DNA of 64,000 nt from a virus. The translations under genes were made by a program, and so were the position numbers. Shown here in pieces: positions 46,579 to 54,909 of this stretch (position 1 is the stretch's first letter; each line of letters opens with the position of its first letter). The stretch is taken from the IMG/VR virus record IMGVR_UViG_3300028610_001314; one strand, written 5' to 3'. Under the pieces are notes generated by a model. It ran no database searches, had not been told where the DNA came from, and saw only the letters and a list, made by a program, of their open reading frames with translations.

Positions 46579-47996
46579 TTAAACCTATTCCAGCCTTTCT
46601 GCTTGGTTGACTTCTCAATACGCGGTATTGCATATTGCAAATCAAGATCAATACCGACATATTTTATGCCCAACTCTTCACACACCACGCCTAAAGTCCC
46701 AGATCCAAAGAACATATCTAAAATCAATGCATCTTTCGGAGGCGCAATAAGTTCGACCAAATATTTAATTAGTGATAGTGGTTTAACTGTCGGATGTTTA
46801 TTGTCTTTTCCTCGTTCTGATCGTGAGGCTTTGGCACAATAGAAGAAGCGGGAAGCTCCGCCAGAATCGCAAATTTCTGTTGGGCAATCTGTTCTTTCGT
46901 CCCCCATTTGATCTAAAAACTGGCTGTTTCCATGCTTGCGGATATATTTCCCTTTTGATGGCTGAATTCCCCCGCTTTGTTCATCCAATATCCCAACAGG
47001 ACAATCAGGGTGACAGTTCCATTTTTCTATTTCCTCTAACCCGTTATTATCACCATGTTTATTAAATTCAGTTCTTTTATATTCCCCATAGCAAGCCGTA
47101 TTTTCGTCTCCGGTATGGCTTGGTTCATTTCCTGAAACTGACCCGCTTTTATTCTTGATCTCTTTCGTTCCAACACATTCACATTCTGGGTGGTGAGTTA
47201 ATATTATATTGGCAGGGAACCGGCCTTGTGATTTCATATGCCAATCTGTTTTATGGGTATAGCTCGACTTGTTTTTACGCTTATACCCCTCGGCAACATT
47301 ATCATAAACAGCCCCGCCGTGTTCACGCTTTGCCCCGATGTCACGCGTTGCTATTCGGCTTTTGTCAATATTCAACCCCGCCACACCATGGTTCAGGGCG
47401 TTCTCGGCAAAGGTGCCGTCAACGGACTTCATGGCTACTATTATAGGTTCCCATGCTGGCTTTAGGGCTGTGCCGTATCCGTTCCATTCTTGGGCTTCTG
47501 GGGTTGCTGGAATGGTCAGTTCTATTTCTCCGCTTTCACTTTTGTTCGCAAAATTATTGCCTTGCATTCCGATGTTTGTTATTCTCGTTCCAACAACCTC
47601 ACGATCGGTCCCTGCAGCTTTGTCAATCGCTTTTGAGATATCCAAAGATTTCGGGAAGCCAGAGCCATAGAGCCATTGCATACAGTCTCTAATTTCCCAT
47701 CCGGCATCCTCGATAGCGCACATCAGCCTGTGGTGAGTACGAGTCCCGCCAAAAGCCAAAAGGAAAGCACCTGGTTTTGACACCCTCAAAACCTCTTTCC
47801 ATGTATCAATCTGAAATGCAACACCAGAAGCATCCCACTTTCTGCCCATAAAACCAAGTTCATAGGGCGGATCCGTGACAATACCAGTGAAATAATTATC
47901 CGGAAATGTCGGCATAATATCATTACAATTTCCTTGATAAAGAGTCCCGAGTAGTGAATTATAATCTGGATCCATTATTACCTCACCCTCCAACAA
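46575..47996 (-). CDS. N4/N6 DNA methyltransferase (beta class) with large central insert
   Basis: IVTDPPYELGFMG, GTALKPAWEPI, HPTVKPL, LDMFFGSGT. Confidence 0.9.
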   Translation of the reverse strand: MLEGEVIMDPDYNSLLGTLYQGNCNDIMPTFPDNYFTGIVTDPPYELGFMGRKWDASGVAFQIDTWKEVLRVSKPGAFLLAFGGTRTHHRLMCAIEDAGWEIRDCMQWLYGSGFPKSLDISKAIDKAAGTDREVVGTRITNIGMQGNNFANKSESGEIELTIPATPEAQEWNGYGTALKPAWEPIIVAMKSVDGTFAENALNHGVAGLNIDKSRIATRDIGAKREHGGAVYDNVAEGYKRKNKSSYTHKTDWHMKSQGRFPANIILTHHPECECVGTKEIKNKSGSVSGNEPSHTGDENTACYGEYKRTEFNKHGDNNGLEEIEKWNCHPDCPVGILDEQSGGIQPSKGKYIRKHGNSQFLDQMGDERTDCPTEICDSGGASRFFYCAKASRSERGKDNKHPTVKPLSLIKYLVELIAPPKDALILDMFFGSGTLGVVCEELGIKYVGIDLDLQYAIPRIEKSTKQKGWNRFK

Positions 47997-48199
47997 TACT
48001 TCCTCTCACACGGCAATCCGTTACAGCAGCGACCATCTTTAAAACACGGACATTTGGGATTAGGAAATTTCATGGGGTTTTTTTGCCATGTTTCCAGCTA
48101 ATTAAAAAAATGCTGAATCTGTGAATTTTCTACACCATACAAAGTATATACTAAATAACCTAAATATACGTACACACGATCTTAAATAAACTAAATAAC

Positions 48200-48228
48200 A
48201 CCATACTATACGTATATGCTTGTGTCAA
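48200..48228 (-). promoter_or_regulatory. Sigma70-like promoter
   Basis: TTGACA-N17-TATGGT; overlapped by short repeats (CTAAATAAC x2, ACACCATAC x2). Confidence 0.55.
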
Positions 48229-48269
48229 GTGAATAATGTGTGTAAGGTATTTAAGGGCGATTTGAAAAT

Positions 48270-48788
48270 TTAAACCCGAGAAATACCACCACCAGACCAC
48301 AAAACGTCTATAAACGTCCTATCCCCGCGATGCCAGCGGTTATGGTCGCCCTGGTTACGAAATACCATCAAGTTATTAGGATCATTATTATTACAGTTTC
48401 CATCTTCGTGATGAACAACCTCACCCTCAACCAGATAATAACCGCAATCACGAACAGACTTACGAGCCATCCGCATGCCGTAAACAGACCGAATATACTC
48501 TGGATTCTCAAGATGCTTCCAGTAATGCTCCTTACAACAATAATGATTCCGGGTACGCAAAAACACAGAGCGAGTCTTTAAAAAATTCTTCCCACAGGAC
48601 GGTAACGCGCATTTCGCGGCCTTACGGGTATCAGAGGTCTGGATACCGCTTCGATTCAAAAACCGCAAGACAGAACGACCGGTAACAATACCCCCCGTTA
48701 AAACAGCTATCTTGTCCCCTGAATAGCCCTCGTCCCATAATTCAATTATCTTGTCACCTATAACGGAATCCTTAATCTTATCAACCAT
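48270..48788 (-). CDS. HNH endonuclease with N-terminal HTH and Zn motif
   Basis: EVVHHEDGNCNNNDPNNL......H...H; CALPSCG...YCC. Confidence 0.8.
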   Translation of the reverse strand: MVDKIKDSVIGDKIIELWDEGYSGDKIAVLTGGIVTGRSVLRFLNRSGIQTSDTRKAAKCALPSCGKNFLKTRSVFLRTRNHYCCKEHYWKHLENPEYIRSVYGMRMARKSVRDCGYYLVEGEVVHHEDGNCNNNDPNNLMVFRNQGDHNRWHRGDRTFIDVLWSGGGISRV

Positions 48789-49104
48789 ATTACCCTCCTT
48801 TTTAAAGAAGAATAACACACCAATGACGCAAAGTCAACGTCTAATATCGTAAAAGACCTTTTTAGGGGAACTTGAAATCTACTACTATTGGTTTTTGGTA
48901 TAGGTATACGTATATCCGAAGGGGGGTTTTGCCGGGGTGGGGGGGTCTGTTTTGGTAATGTCTTATAATGTATGGCCGATAACATGTATTATGGTGGCTT
49001 TATAATGAAGCGTAATCAATATAACTATCTAACATCACACAGTTATTAAAACCGTCATAAGTTTACACTTAATTACGGTCCATAGATGCACTGTTCATAG
49101 GGCT

Positions 49105-49763
49105 CTATGATCCAGTCTTATCCTCGATCTGTCCAGCCGGCAGCACTGGCGTGACGTCAATAGCCTTCCTGGACTCTTCAGCCTCAAGCCTCTGTTGCTC
49201 CCAATCTGCAATTGTTTCGGGTTCCTTTGGAAAATCAGTTAGTTTGGTCTCAATAGGACCACCACCAGGGCCGGAGTGTTCGCGCTTCTCCGGAGCATTC
49301 ATTCCACGGACCTTTAAAGCCATATCAAGAGTCTTGCGCTGCGTCTCAATGGCCTCCACTTCAACCTCTTTGACCAATATATCAACCACTTGACCCTTTT
49401 CGTCTTTAACTGGAGCATGAAAGAACTTGGTTTGCTTTGCATCGATCAGGGATCTCAGCTTGAGTTTCAGGAAATTCTCAGACAATCCGGTCTCATCGAG
49501 CCATAATTCTATTTTGTCCGATAGGATTGTGAAGTTTTGACATCCGATATTTCTAAAGGAATCATTTGACTTTGCATTATATTTTGCAGCGATAGCGGAA
49601 GCGGTTGAATTTAAGAAGGTGACACTACTTGACTCATTAAGATAGTGCTTGAGCCACACATGGCGCTTTGTAGCTTTGTTTATCCTTCGTTTTTTTTTTT
49701 GACTGGGAGATTTTTAGATTTATCCGGGTTTGATTTGGTTACGATGGCAGGTGAGTTTTGCAT
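49105..49763 (-). CDS. terS: Terminase small subunit, frameshifted at an A11 tract (49690-49700)
   Basis: LNSTASAIAAKY...FRNIGCQN, RKTLDMALK, KREHSGPGGGPI motifs in 49105..49659; ATG at 49763 with AGGA RBS joins it after a -1 shift. Confidence 0.7.
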
Positions 49764-50139
49764 TTTGTTTAGTTTCCTGATTTAGTGGCGCTAGATTGCT
49801 CTGTGTTAGTTCTTTGTTTGAAGGGATAATAGTAAGTATGGGTGAGATGGAACTCTTTCTTATAATGGTGTTTGATATGTTTAGCGATAGTTTGAAAGAA
49901 TCTTTTTAAATGGATTGATTTTTGTATTTTAGGTCTGGCGTCCATGATGATTAAATGATTAGCATAATGGTTTAGTGAATGTCAATGATATTTTAAGGGT
50001 TGTGTAAGGTTGTATAAGGTTTGAAAGGTTGAATAAAAATGTTGAAAATAAATATATTTTTAATTGGGTGATTTAATGGTGTTTTATTGGATGGTTGAAA
50101 TTAATTGCAATAAAAGTGTATTTATTTTGTATTTTATGC

Positions 50140-50168
50140 TTGACACGGTATATTTAATGATTTATATT
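50140..50168 (+). promoter_or_regulatory. Early sigma70-like promoter
   Basis: TTGACA-N17-TATATT with AT-rich upstream region. Confidence 0.7.
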
Positions 50169-50225
50169 CAATCATACTGTAAAAAGTACATTAGATATTA
50201 ACCCTTAATAAACGGAGATCATAAC

Positions 50226-50408
50226 ATGGCAATTTATTCAAGATTTGGAATAGAGGTTAAAATAGTCAACTACTGCCAGAAAAGCAGTATGGTAGAAGTG
50301 CAAGACGTTGAAGATGGTGAAAAATATAAGGAGATCCACATAGCTGAACTAAAGGCTGATGGTGGAATTCATGAAATTCAAGACGCCATCCATGCAGTTG
50401 TATATTAA
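50226..50408 (+). CDS. Early small protein
   Basis: 60 aa, GGAG RBS. Confidence 0.7.
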   Translation: MAIYSRFGIEVKIVNYCQKSSMVEVQDVEDGEKYKEIHIAELKADGGIHEIQDAIHAVVY

Positions 50409-50484
50409 TCTTTTAGTTTTACCCTTGATTACGATTGAGGGTAAACCGGATTGATTAACCTATAATATAAAGGAGATGTGAAAT

Positions 50485-50667
50485 ATGGAATTAAGGCACA
50501 ATTTAGGCAATAGGTTTTGGCACAAGCTTGACAGGTTGCCAGAAACAGAAGGGGATTTAAAACATCTTGTTAAATTATTTCCTCAAGCTGTTGTCACCAG
50601 GAAATCAAACGATAAAGCCATATTGTTAAGTGAGGCAAAACTTAAAAATCTTCACTGGTATAAATAA
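50485..50667 (+). CDS. Early small protein
   Basis: 60 aa, AAGGAG RBS. Confidence 0.7.
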   Translation: MELRHNLGNRFWHKLDRLPETEGDLKHLVKLFPQAVVTRKSNDKAILLSEAKLKNLHWYK

Positions 50668-50681
50668 AAGGAGCTAAAGCC

Positions 50682-50888
50682 ATGAAAGCTAACTGGACAA
50701 ATCGCAAAAAGGTCTTGGATAAGCGGGAGTTAAACCATTTGCACAAGGATGCTGGTTGCCGGACAAAGGCACAATTCCAAAACAATATTAACCAGCACCA
50801 CAAATGGAGAAAAGAAAATCCCGGCAATCCTGATCCTTGCTTAGAATGCTTGTGGATTGCATCTAAGCTCAATATGTTGCCAGCCTAA
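50682..50888 (+). CDS. Early small protein
   Basis: 68 aa, AAGGAG RBS, H..GC and C..C residues. Confidence 0.7.
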   Translation: MKANWTNRKKVLDKRELNHLHKDAGCRTKAQFQNNINQHHKWRKENPGNPDPCLECLWIASKLNMLPA

Positions 50889-50960
50889 CTCCAAACCATA
50901 GCCGCTTAAGCTACCATCAAGCGGTTATGCTGGGGAGTTAAATAATAGGATTGAAACATT

Positions 50961-51140
50961 ATGAACATTAAAATCAAACCGTCTGAATTGCCAATTATGC
51001 CCGATTATTTATTGCCGGAAAACTTTAACCGTAAACAGATAAACGCCGGGATTAAAAATGCAGGGCAGGCGGTCAAGAAGAAAGCTAAAAACAAAAAGAA
51101 GCGCAAAGCAACACGAAGACAAAAACGCAAAAATAGATAG
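50961..51140 (+). CDS. Early highly basic microprotein (59 aa, not in track)
   Basis: MNIKIKPSELP...KKKAKNKKKRKATRRQKRKNR; AGGA RBS. Confidence 0.6.
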   Translation: MNIKIKPSELPIMPDYLLPENFNRKQINAGIKNAGQAVKKKAKNKKKRKATRRQKRKNR

Positions 51141-51175
51141 TTTGGAGTTAATCAATTAAAAGGAGGGTTTACACT

Positions 51176-51448
51176 ATGAAAAACAATTTGCCAAAATTCA
51201 GGAGTTACGGAAATTATTCAAGCGACAATTACGGCGTTAATTCATTGGTTTTTGAATTACCCAGCATTTCAATTTACTTTAGCTATGAGACACCGGTTGC
51301 TTTTGAATCAATCAAAACGGGTTTGATTATCCGCGAAAATGACTGGGGGCCGACTACCGGGAAACATTTAAACTGGATAGATTCAGACAAATCAAAAAGG
51401 GTTTCCGGTGATGAGTTTGAAAAGAAATTGGCAGAGGCCAGCAGATAA
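51176..51448 (+). CDS. Conserved phage early protein
   Basis: IYFSYETPVAF...N.WGPTTGKHLNWID motif; GGAGG RBS. Confidence 0.75.
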   Translation: MKNNLPKFRSYGNYSSDNYGVNSLVFELPSISIYFSYETPVAFESIKTGLIIRENDWGPTTGKHLNWIDSDKSKRVSGDEFEKKLAEASR

Positions 51449-51456
51449 ACCCTAAC

Positions 51457-51482
51457 GTCCTGAGTATGACAATAAAAGGCTC
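51457..51482 (+). ncRNA. Compact H-type pseudoknot candidate
   Basis: GTC-CTGAGTAT-GAC-AATAAAAG-GCTC; loop GAGT pairs with GCTC. Confidence 0.45.
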
Positions 51483-51496
51483 GAAAGGCTGATACA

Positions 51497-51718
51497 ATGA
51501 CACCAAGTGAATTAAAATATCAAGTTGAGCAGTCGGGGAGCAATCCGTATTTTTTCACCCGCAAGACTATGAAATTTTTCGGAGATACCATGAGAAATTA
51601 TGGGGTCCGGTCAAATGGCAATAGTTGGGAGCTGTATCGGAAACGACCGGTTAAACATGGATTGAACTCATCGGCACACTTTGACAAAAAGACTTTTGAG
51701 CGTGTCCATGATGCCTAA
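51497..51718 (+). CDS. Conserved phage early protein
   Basis: MTPSELK......YFF.RKTMKFFGDTM.NY motif. Confidence 0.75.
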   Translation: MTPSELKYQVEQSGSNPYFFTRKTMKFFGDTMRNYGVRSNGNSWELYRKRPVKHGLNSSAHFDKKTFERVHDA

Positions 51719-51857
51719 AACCTGCCCAAACTGCGTACACATGCCGGAGTTCAATAGTCGCTCCGGTGTGTGTCAAAAATTTAGAGATAGCTTTATAGTG
51801 AGGGATCTCACCCTTGCTAAACAATGTATTTATTACCGGGAAACCGGAAAGGATTGA
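51708..51857 (+). CDS. Early Cys microprotein (49 aa, not in track)
   Basis: TCPNCVH...GVC...QCIYY. Confidence 0.5.
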   Translation: MMPKTCPNCVHMPEFNSRSGVCQKFRDSFIVRDLTLAKQCIYYRETGKD

Positions 51858-51860
51858 ATC

Positions 51861-52151
51861 ATGGAATGGACGGAAACAAGGATATATAAAAATTTTGAGG
51901 ATGTAGCTTACCGTATGGCTATTTATAAAAAAGGTGGTGATGAGGTTTGCTCAAAAAAAATGATGGGAGCAGATCCCGCCGGGCAAAAAGACTTCAGGCT
52001 AATCGCGGCGGCACCGGATCTGCTGGAAGCTTTGCAACACTTATGTAAAACCGTAAGGCCATATATAATGAGCCTTAAGGTCAGGAGAGGGTTTAGCGAA
52101 AAAGTAGCATTGACCGAAGCAGAGAAAGCAATCGTAAAAACTAAATGCTGA
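51861..52151 (+). CDS. Early protein with AAAPDLLEAL motif
   Basis: RLIAAAPDLLEAL is a widespread phage small-protein motif. Confidence 0.7.
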   Translation: MEWTETRIYKNFEDVAYRMAIYKKGGDEVCSKKMMGADPAGQKDFRLIAAAPDLLEALQHLCKTVRPYIMSLKVRRGFSEKVALTEAEKAIVKTKC

Positions 52152-52218
52152 ACCGTCTACTTTATCCCCTGGTTTATGATCAGGGGATAACGCAAACGAT
52201 TAACCGATCAGAGGAAAA

Positions 52219-53160
52219 ATGGAGAATTCAAACAAAAAAACAGGAACATCAAAGCTTAGAGAATTACAAGCTTTACCGCTTGATGAAAAAATAAAGTTAT
52301 CTATAGACGCTGTTAAATGTTGGCATGAGGCCTGGTCCGGTGATGTTTATATTAGTTTTTCAGGCGGCAAAGATTCAACGGTATTAAAACATTTGGTTCT
52401 GTCTCTTTTTCCTGATATTCTTTCGGTCTTTGTCAATACTGGCTTGGAATTCCCTGAAATTGTTAGCTTTGTAAAAACACATGATAATGTAAAAATTATA
52501 AGGCCAAAAATGCCATTTCATAAAGTTATTGAAAAATGGGGTTATCCTGTAATTTCTAAGCGGACAGCTCAATATATTCATGAAGTTAAAAACGCAAAAG
52601 GAAACACAGCCACGAAGCGGTTAAGATTGACCGGTATTAAAACAGACGGCCGGTTTTTCCAAATGTCTATGATTCCTAAAAAATGGCAGTATCTTTGCGA
52701 TGCACCCTTTAAGATTTCTCATCGATGTTGTTTCGAGTTGAAAAAGAAACCCTTTGCGCTCATTGAAAAAGACTTAACTGCCTTCACCGGCATGATGGCA
52801 GGAGACGGAAACCAGCGCGAAATGACCTACTTGCAGCATGGTGGGTGTAATCAATATGAGATCCGCATCCCAAAATCAAACCCTTTGGCTTTTTGGATAG
52901 AAGCCGACATTTGGGAATATATCAAGCGTTTTGATGTGCCATACTCGAGCGTTTACGACATGGGATACGAGCGTACAGGCTGTGTTTTTTGCTTATTTGG
53001 AGTCCACCTGGAACACCAAAAAACCGGAACAAACCGGATTATACGGTTAAAAAAGACACACCCTAAGCTTTGGAAATACTGTGTTTATAAGCTTGGGATC
53101 GGCCGGGTCATGGATTATATCCATATACCTTATGAAGACAGACAGCTTAAACTTTTTTAA
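52219..53160 (+). CDS. PAPS-reductase-family (PP-loop) protein
   Basis: YISFSGGKDSTVL, FVNTGLEFPE, CC..LKKKP, W...DIWEYI, RTGCVFC. Confidence 0.9.
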   Translation: MENSNKKTGTSKLRELQALPLDEKIKLSIDAVKCWHEAWSGDVYISFSGGKDSTVLKHLVLSLFPDILSVFVNTGLEFPEIVSFVKTHDNVKIIRPKMPFHKVIEKWGYPVISKRTAQYIHEVKNAKGNTATKRLRLTGIKTDGRFFQMSMIPKKWQYLCDAPFKISHRCCFELKKKPFALIEKDLTAFTGMMAGDGNQREMTYLQHGGCNQYEIRIPKSNPLAFWIEADIWEYIKRFDVPYSSVYDMGYERTGCVFCLFGVHLEHQKTGTNRIIRLKKTHPKLWKYCVYKLGIGRVMDYIHIPYEDRQLKLF

Positions 53161-53171
53161 AAGGAGGAACC

Positions 53172-53498
53172 ATGCAAGAATTCACAGTCATAGGATTTTG
53201 GGAAGATACCGGGCAAAGGTTTGCCGATTTTATCAGGGCCGAAAGTGCGGACCAGGCCGAAGGGTTGGTAGCGGACAAACAAGGCCCGGAAACATCGGCC
53301 CCAATAGTGGTAGCTGTTATCAAGGGTTATCACAAACCGAAAGAAACGGCAGTACATATAATCGGAACAACAAGGGGGATACCCTACACTCTTTCAGAAG
53401 TAAGAAAGGTGGTCGAAACGCAGCGCATGGATCCTTATCACAAAGAGTTGATGTCGTGGCTTTGTGATGAGATAGACAAAAATAACGCAAACCCTTGA
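53172..53498 (+). CDS. Hypothetical protein
   Basis: 108 aa, AGGAGG RBS. Confidence 0.7.
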   Translation: MQEFTVIGFWEDTGQRFADFIRAESADQAEGLVADKQGPETSAPIVVAVIKGYHKPKETAVHIIGTTRGIPYTLSEVRKVVETQRMDPYHKELMSWLCDEIDKNNANP

Positions 53499-53676
53499 TT
53501 ATTGGTAAAGCCTTGGACATGCGCCAGGGGGAGAAAATTGATTACAGGGGCATATAGAAGGATAAATATCATGAAAAAGCCAAAAAGAAGGCGTAAAAGC
53601 GAAAGACGAAGGTTTTACGACCTGGACAACAGAACCGTTAAAGAGGGAATTGAACGGAGAAAGGTAAAAAGGCGAA

Positions 53677-53862
53677 ATGAAGAAACCAATTAATACTAAA
53701 GAAGCGGCCAAGATCCTGGGGGTTATTCCCCGAAGAGTAACGGCTATGATTACAGCCGGAAGACTGAAAGCAAGAAAGCATGGGCGTGACTGGCTAATCG
53801 AACACGCCGACCTTGAGCCTGTTATGGTACGCAAACCTGGCCGGCCGGCAAAAGCAGATTAA
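53677..53862 (+). CDS. Excisionase-like HTH_17 DNA-binding protein
   Basis: INTKEAAKILGV..RRV..MI..GRL.A.K.GRDWLI. Confidence 0.85.
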   Translation: MKKPINTKEAAKILGVIPRRVTAMITAGRLKARKHGRDWLIEHADLEPVMVRKPGRPAKAD

Positions 53863-53873
53863 CCACCCAAAAA

Positions 53874-53905
53874 TAAAGCCCCCAGCATGAACGCTGGGGG
53901 CTTTA
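53874..53905. terminator. Terminator at convergent junction of early and replication blocks
   Basis: TAAAGCCCCCAGC-ATGAAC-GCTGGGGGCTTTA perfect 13-bp stem. Confidence 0.8.
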
Positions 53906-53939
53906 ACCATCCAGTTGCAATTTCAGTATATAATCAAAC

Positions 53940-54275
53940 TCACAGCCCCGAAGGGCTTAGCAAGGCCCCGGCTTGATATGGGAGGCCGATTATTGACAGT
54001 GGGCGGTTTCCGCTACTCCGGTCATATATTTTATTTAATTTGTGCCCGGCGCTAAGGATATCTAAGAAGATCCGGCCGGAAAGTCTTTCGATCATGGTAT
54101 TATACTTTTTGCTCAATTCGATGATGAATGCCCACAGGGTCGGCAAAGTGCAGGTTTTAAGCCGTGTGCCACCCCCGACCAGATATTGAAAAACCGGCTC
54201 GAAAATCATCATGATCAGCATGACAAAAAGCGATACAAACATTGAAAATAAATTCGATAAAGTACGGTAAAGCAT
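53940..54275 (-). CDS. Hypothetical membrane protein
   Basis: AGGAGG RBS before MLYRTL; hydrophobic N-terminus. Confidence 0.4.
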   Translation of the reverse strand: MLYRTLSNLFSMFVSLFVMLIMMIFEPVFQYLVGGGTRLKTCTLPTLWAFIIELSKKYNTMIERLSGRIFLDILSAGHKLNKIYDRSSGNRPLSIIGLPYQAGALLSPSGL

Positions 54276-54492
54276 CTTGTTCCTCCTTTTCAGTATATCC
54301 TCTAACGTTTCATAAAAAGCCATAACACGGCATGGCCATACAATCAACCATTTTCTTCTTTAAAAACACTATCCGGCATGTTCTCATAATCCGGAAATAT
54401 AATATCAAAGAAATGCAGTAGAAACAGCACGAACAGCAAGCCGACAAAGAACAGCAGCCACAAAAGCCTGAGCGTCCAGAGTGTTATATCCA

Positions 54493-54807
54493 TTACTTTT
54501 CCTCGATCTTAAACGGATATAACGACTCAACAATCTTCTTTTTAGTAATATACATGGCGGTTCTCTTTCCTTTGGTGTCAACGACATGAACCGTTCCGTC
54601 CATGTGGAATTCAACAAAATCAGCTCGGTATTTTACGTTCCCCGGTAGATGTATCGGAACTTCCATCCAAAAAAAAGACACAATGCCGGCCCTAACTTTC
54701 AGCTTAAGCTCATCGTAATACCGCGCCTGCTTCTTGCTGGGAAATTTTATACCATCCCTGATCGTCTGGACAGCTCCGAATTTGTGCCTTGGCTTAAATT
54801 GTTTCAT
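54493..54807 (-). CDS. DUF1064-family PD-(D/E)XK nuclease
   Basis: HKFGA....DGIKFPSKKQARYY...YRADF...VVDTKG. Confidence 0.85.
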   Translation of the reverse strand: MKQFKPRHKFGAVQTIRDGIKFPSKKQARYYDELKLKVRAGIVSFFWMEVPIHLPGNVKYRADFVEFHMDGTVHVVDTKGKRTAMYITKKKIVESLYPFKIEEK

Positions 54808-54909
54808 TTTTTAAGGTGTAAATATATAATAACAGCAATAAAAACAAGTGTTATGCCTAATAGTATGTTGCCAAACACAGTTAATGTCATTATGCCCCGC
54901 TTTCTTTGG

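Noticed and set aside
51737-51773. 13-bp hairpin as a fourth intergenic processing site
   Set aside because: It lies inside the 49-aa ORF 51708..51857 and lacks the lower stem/internal loop of the others.
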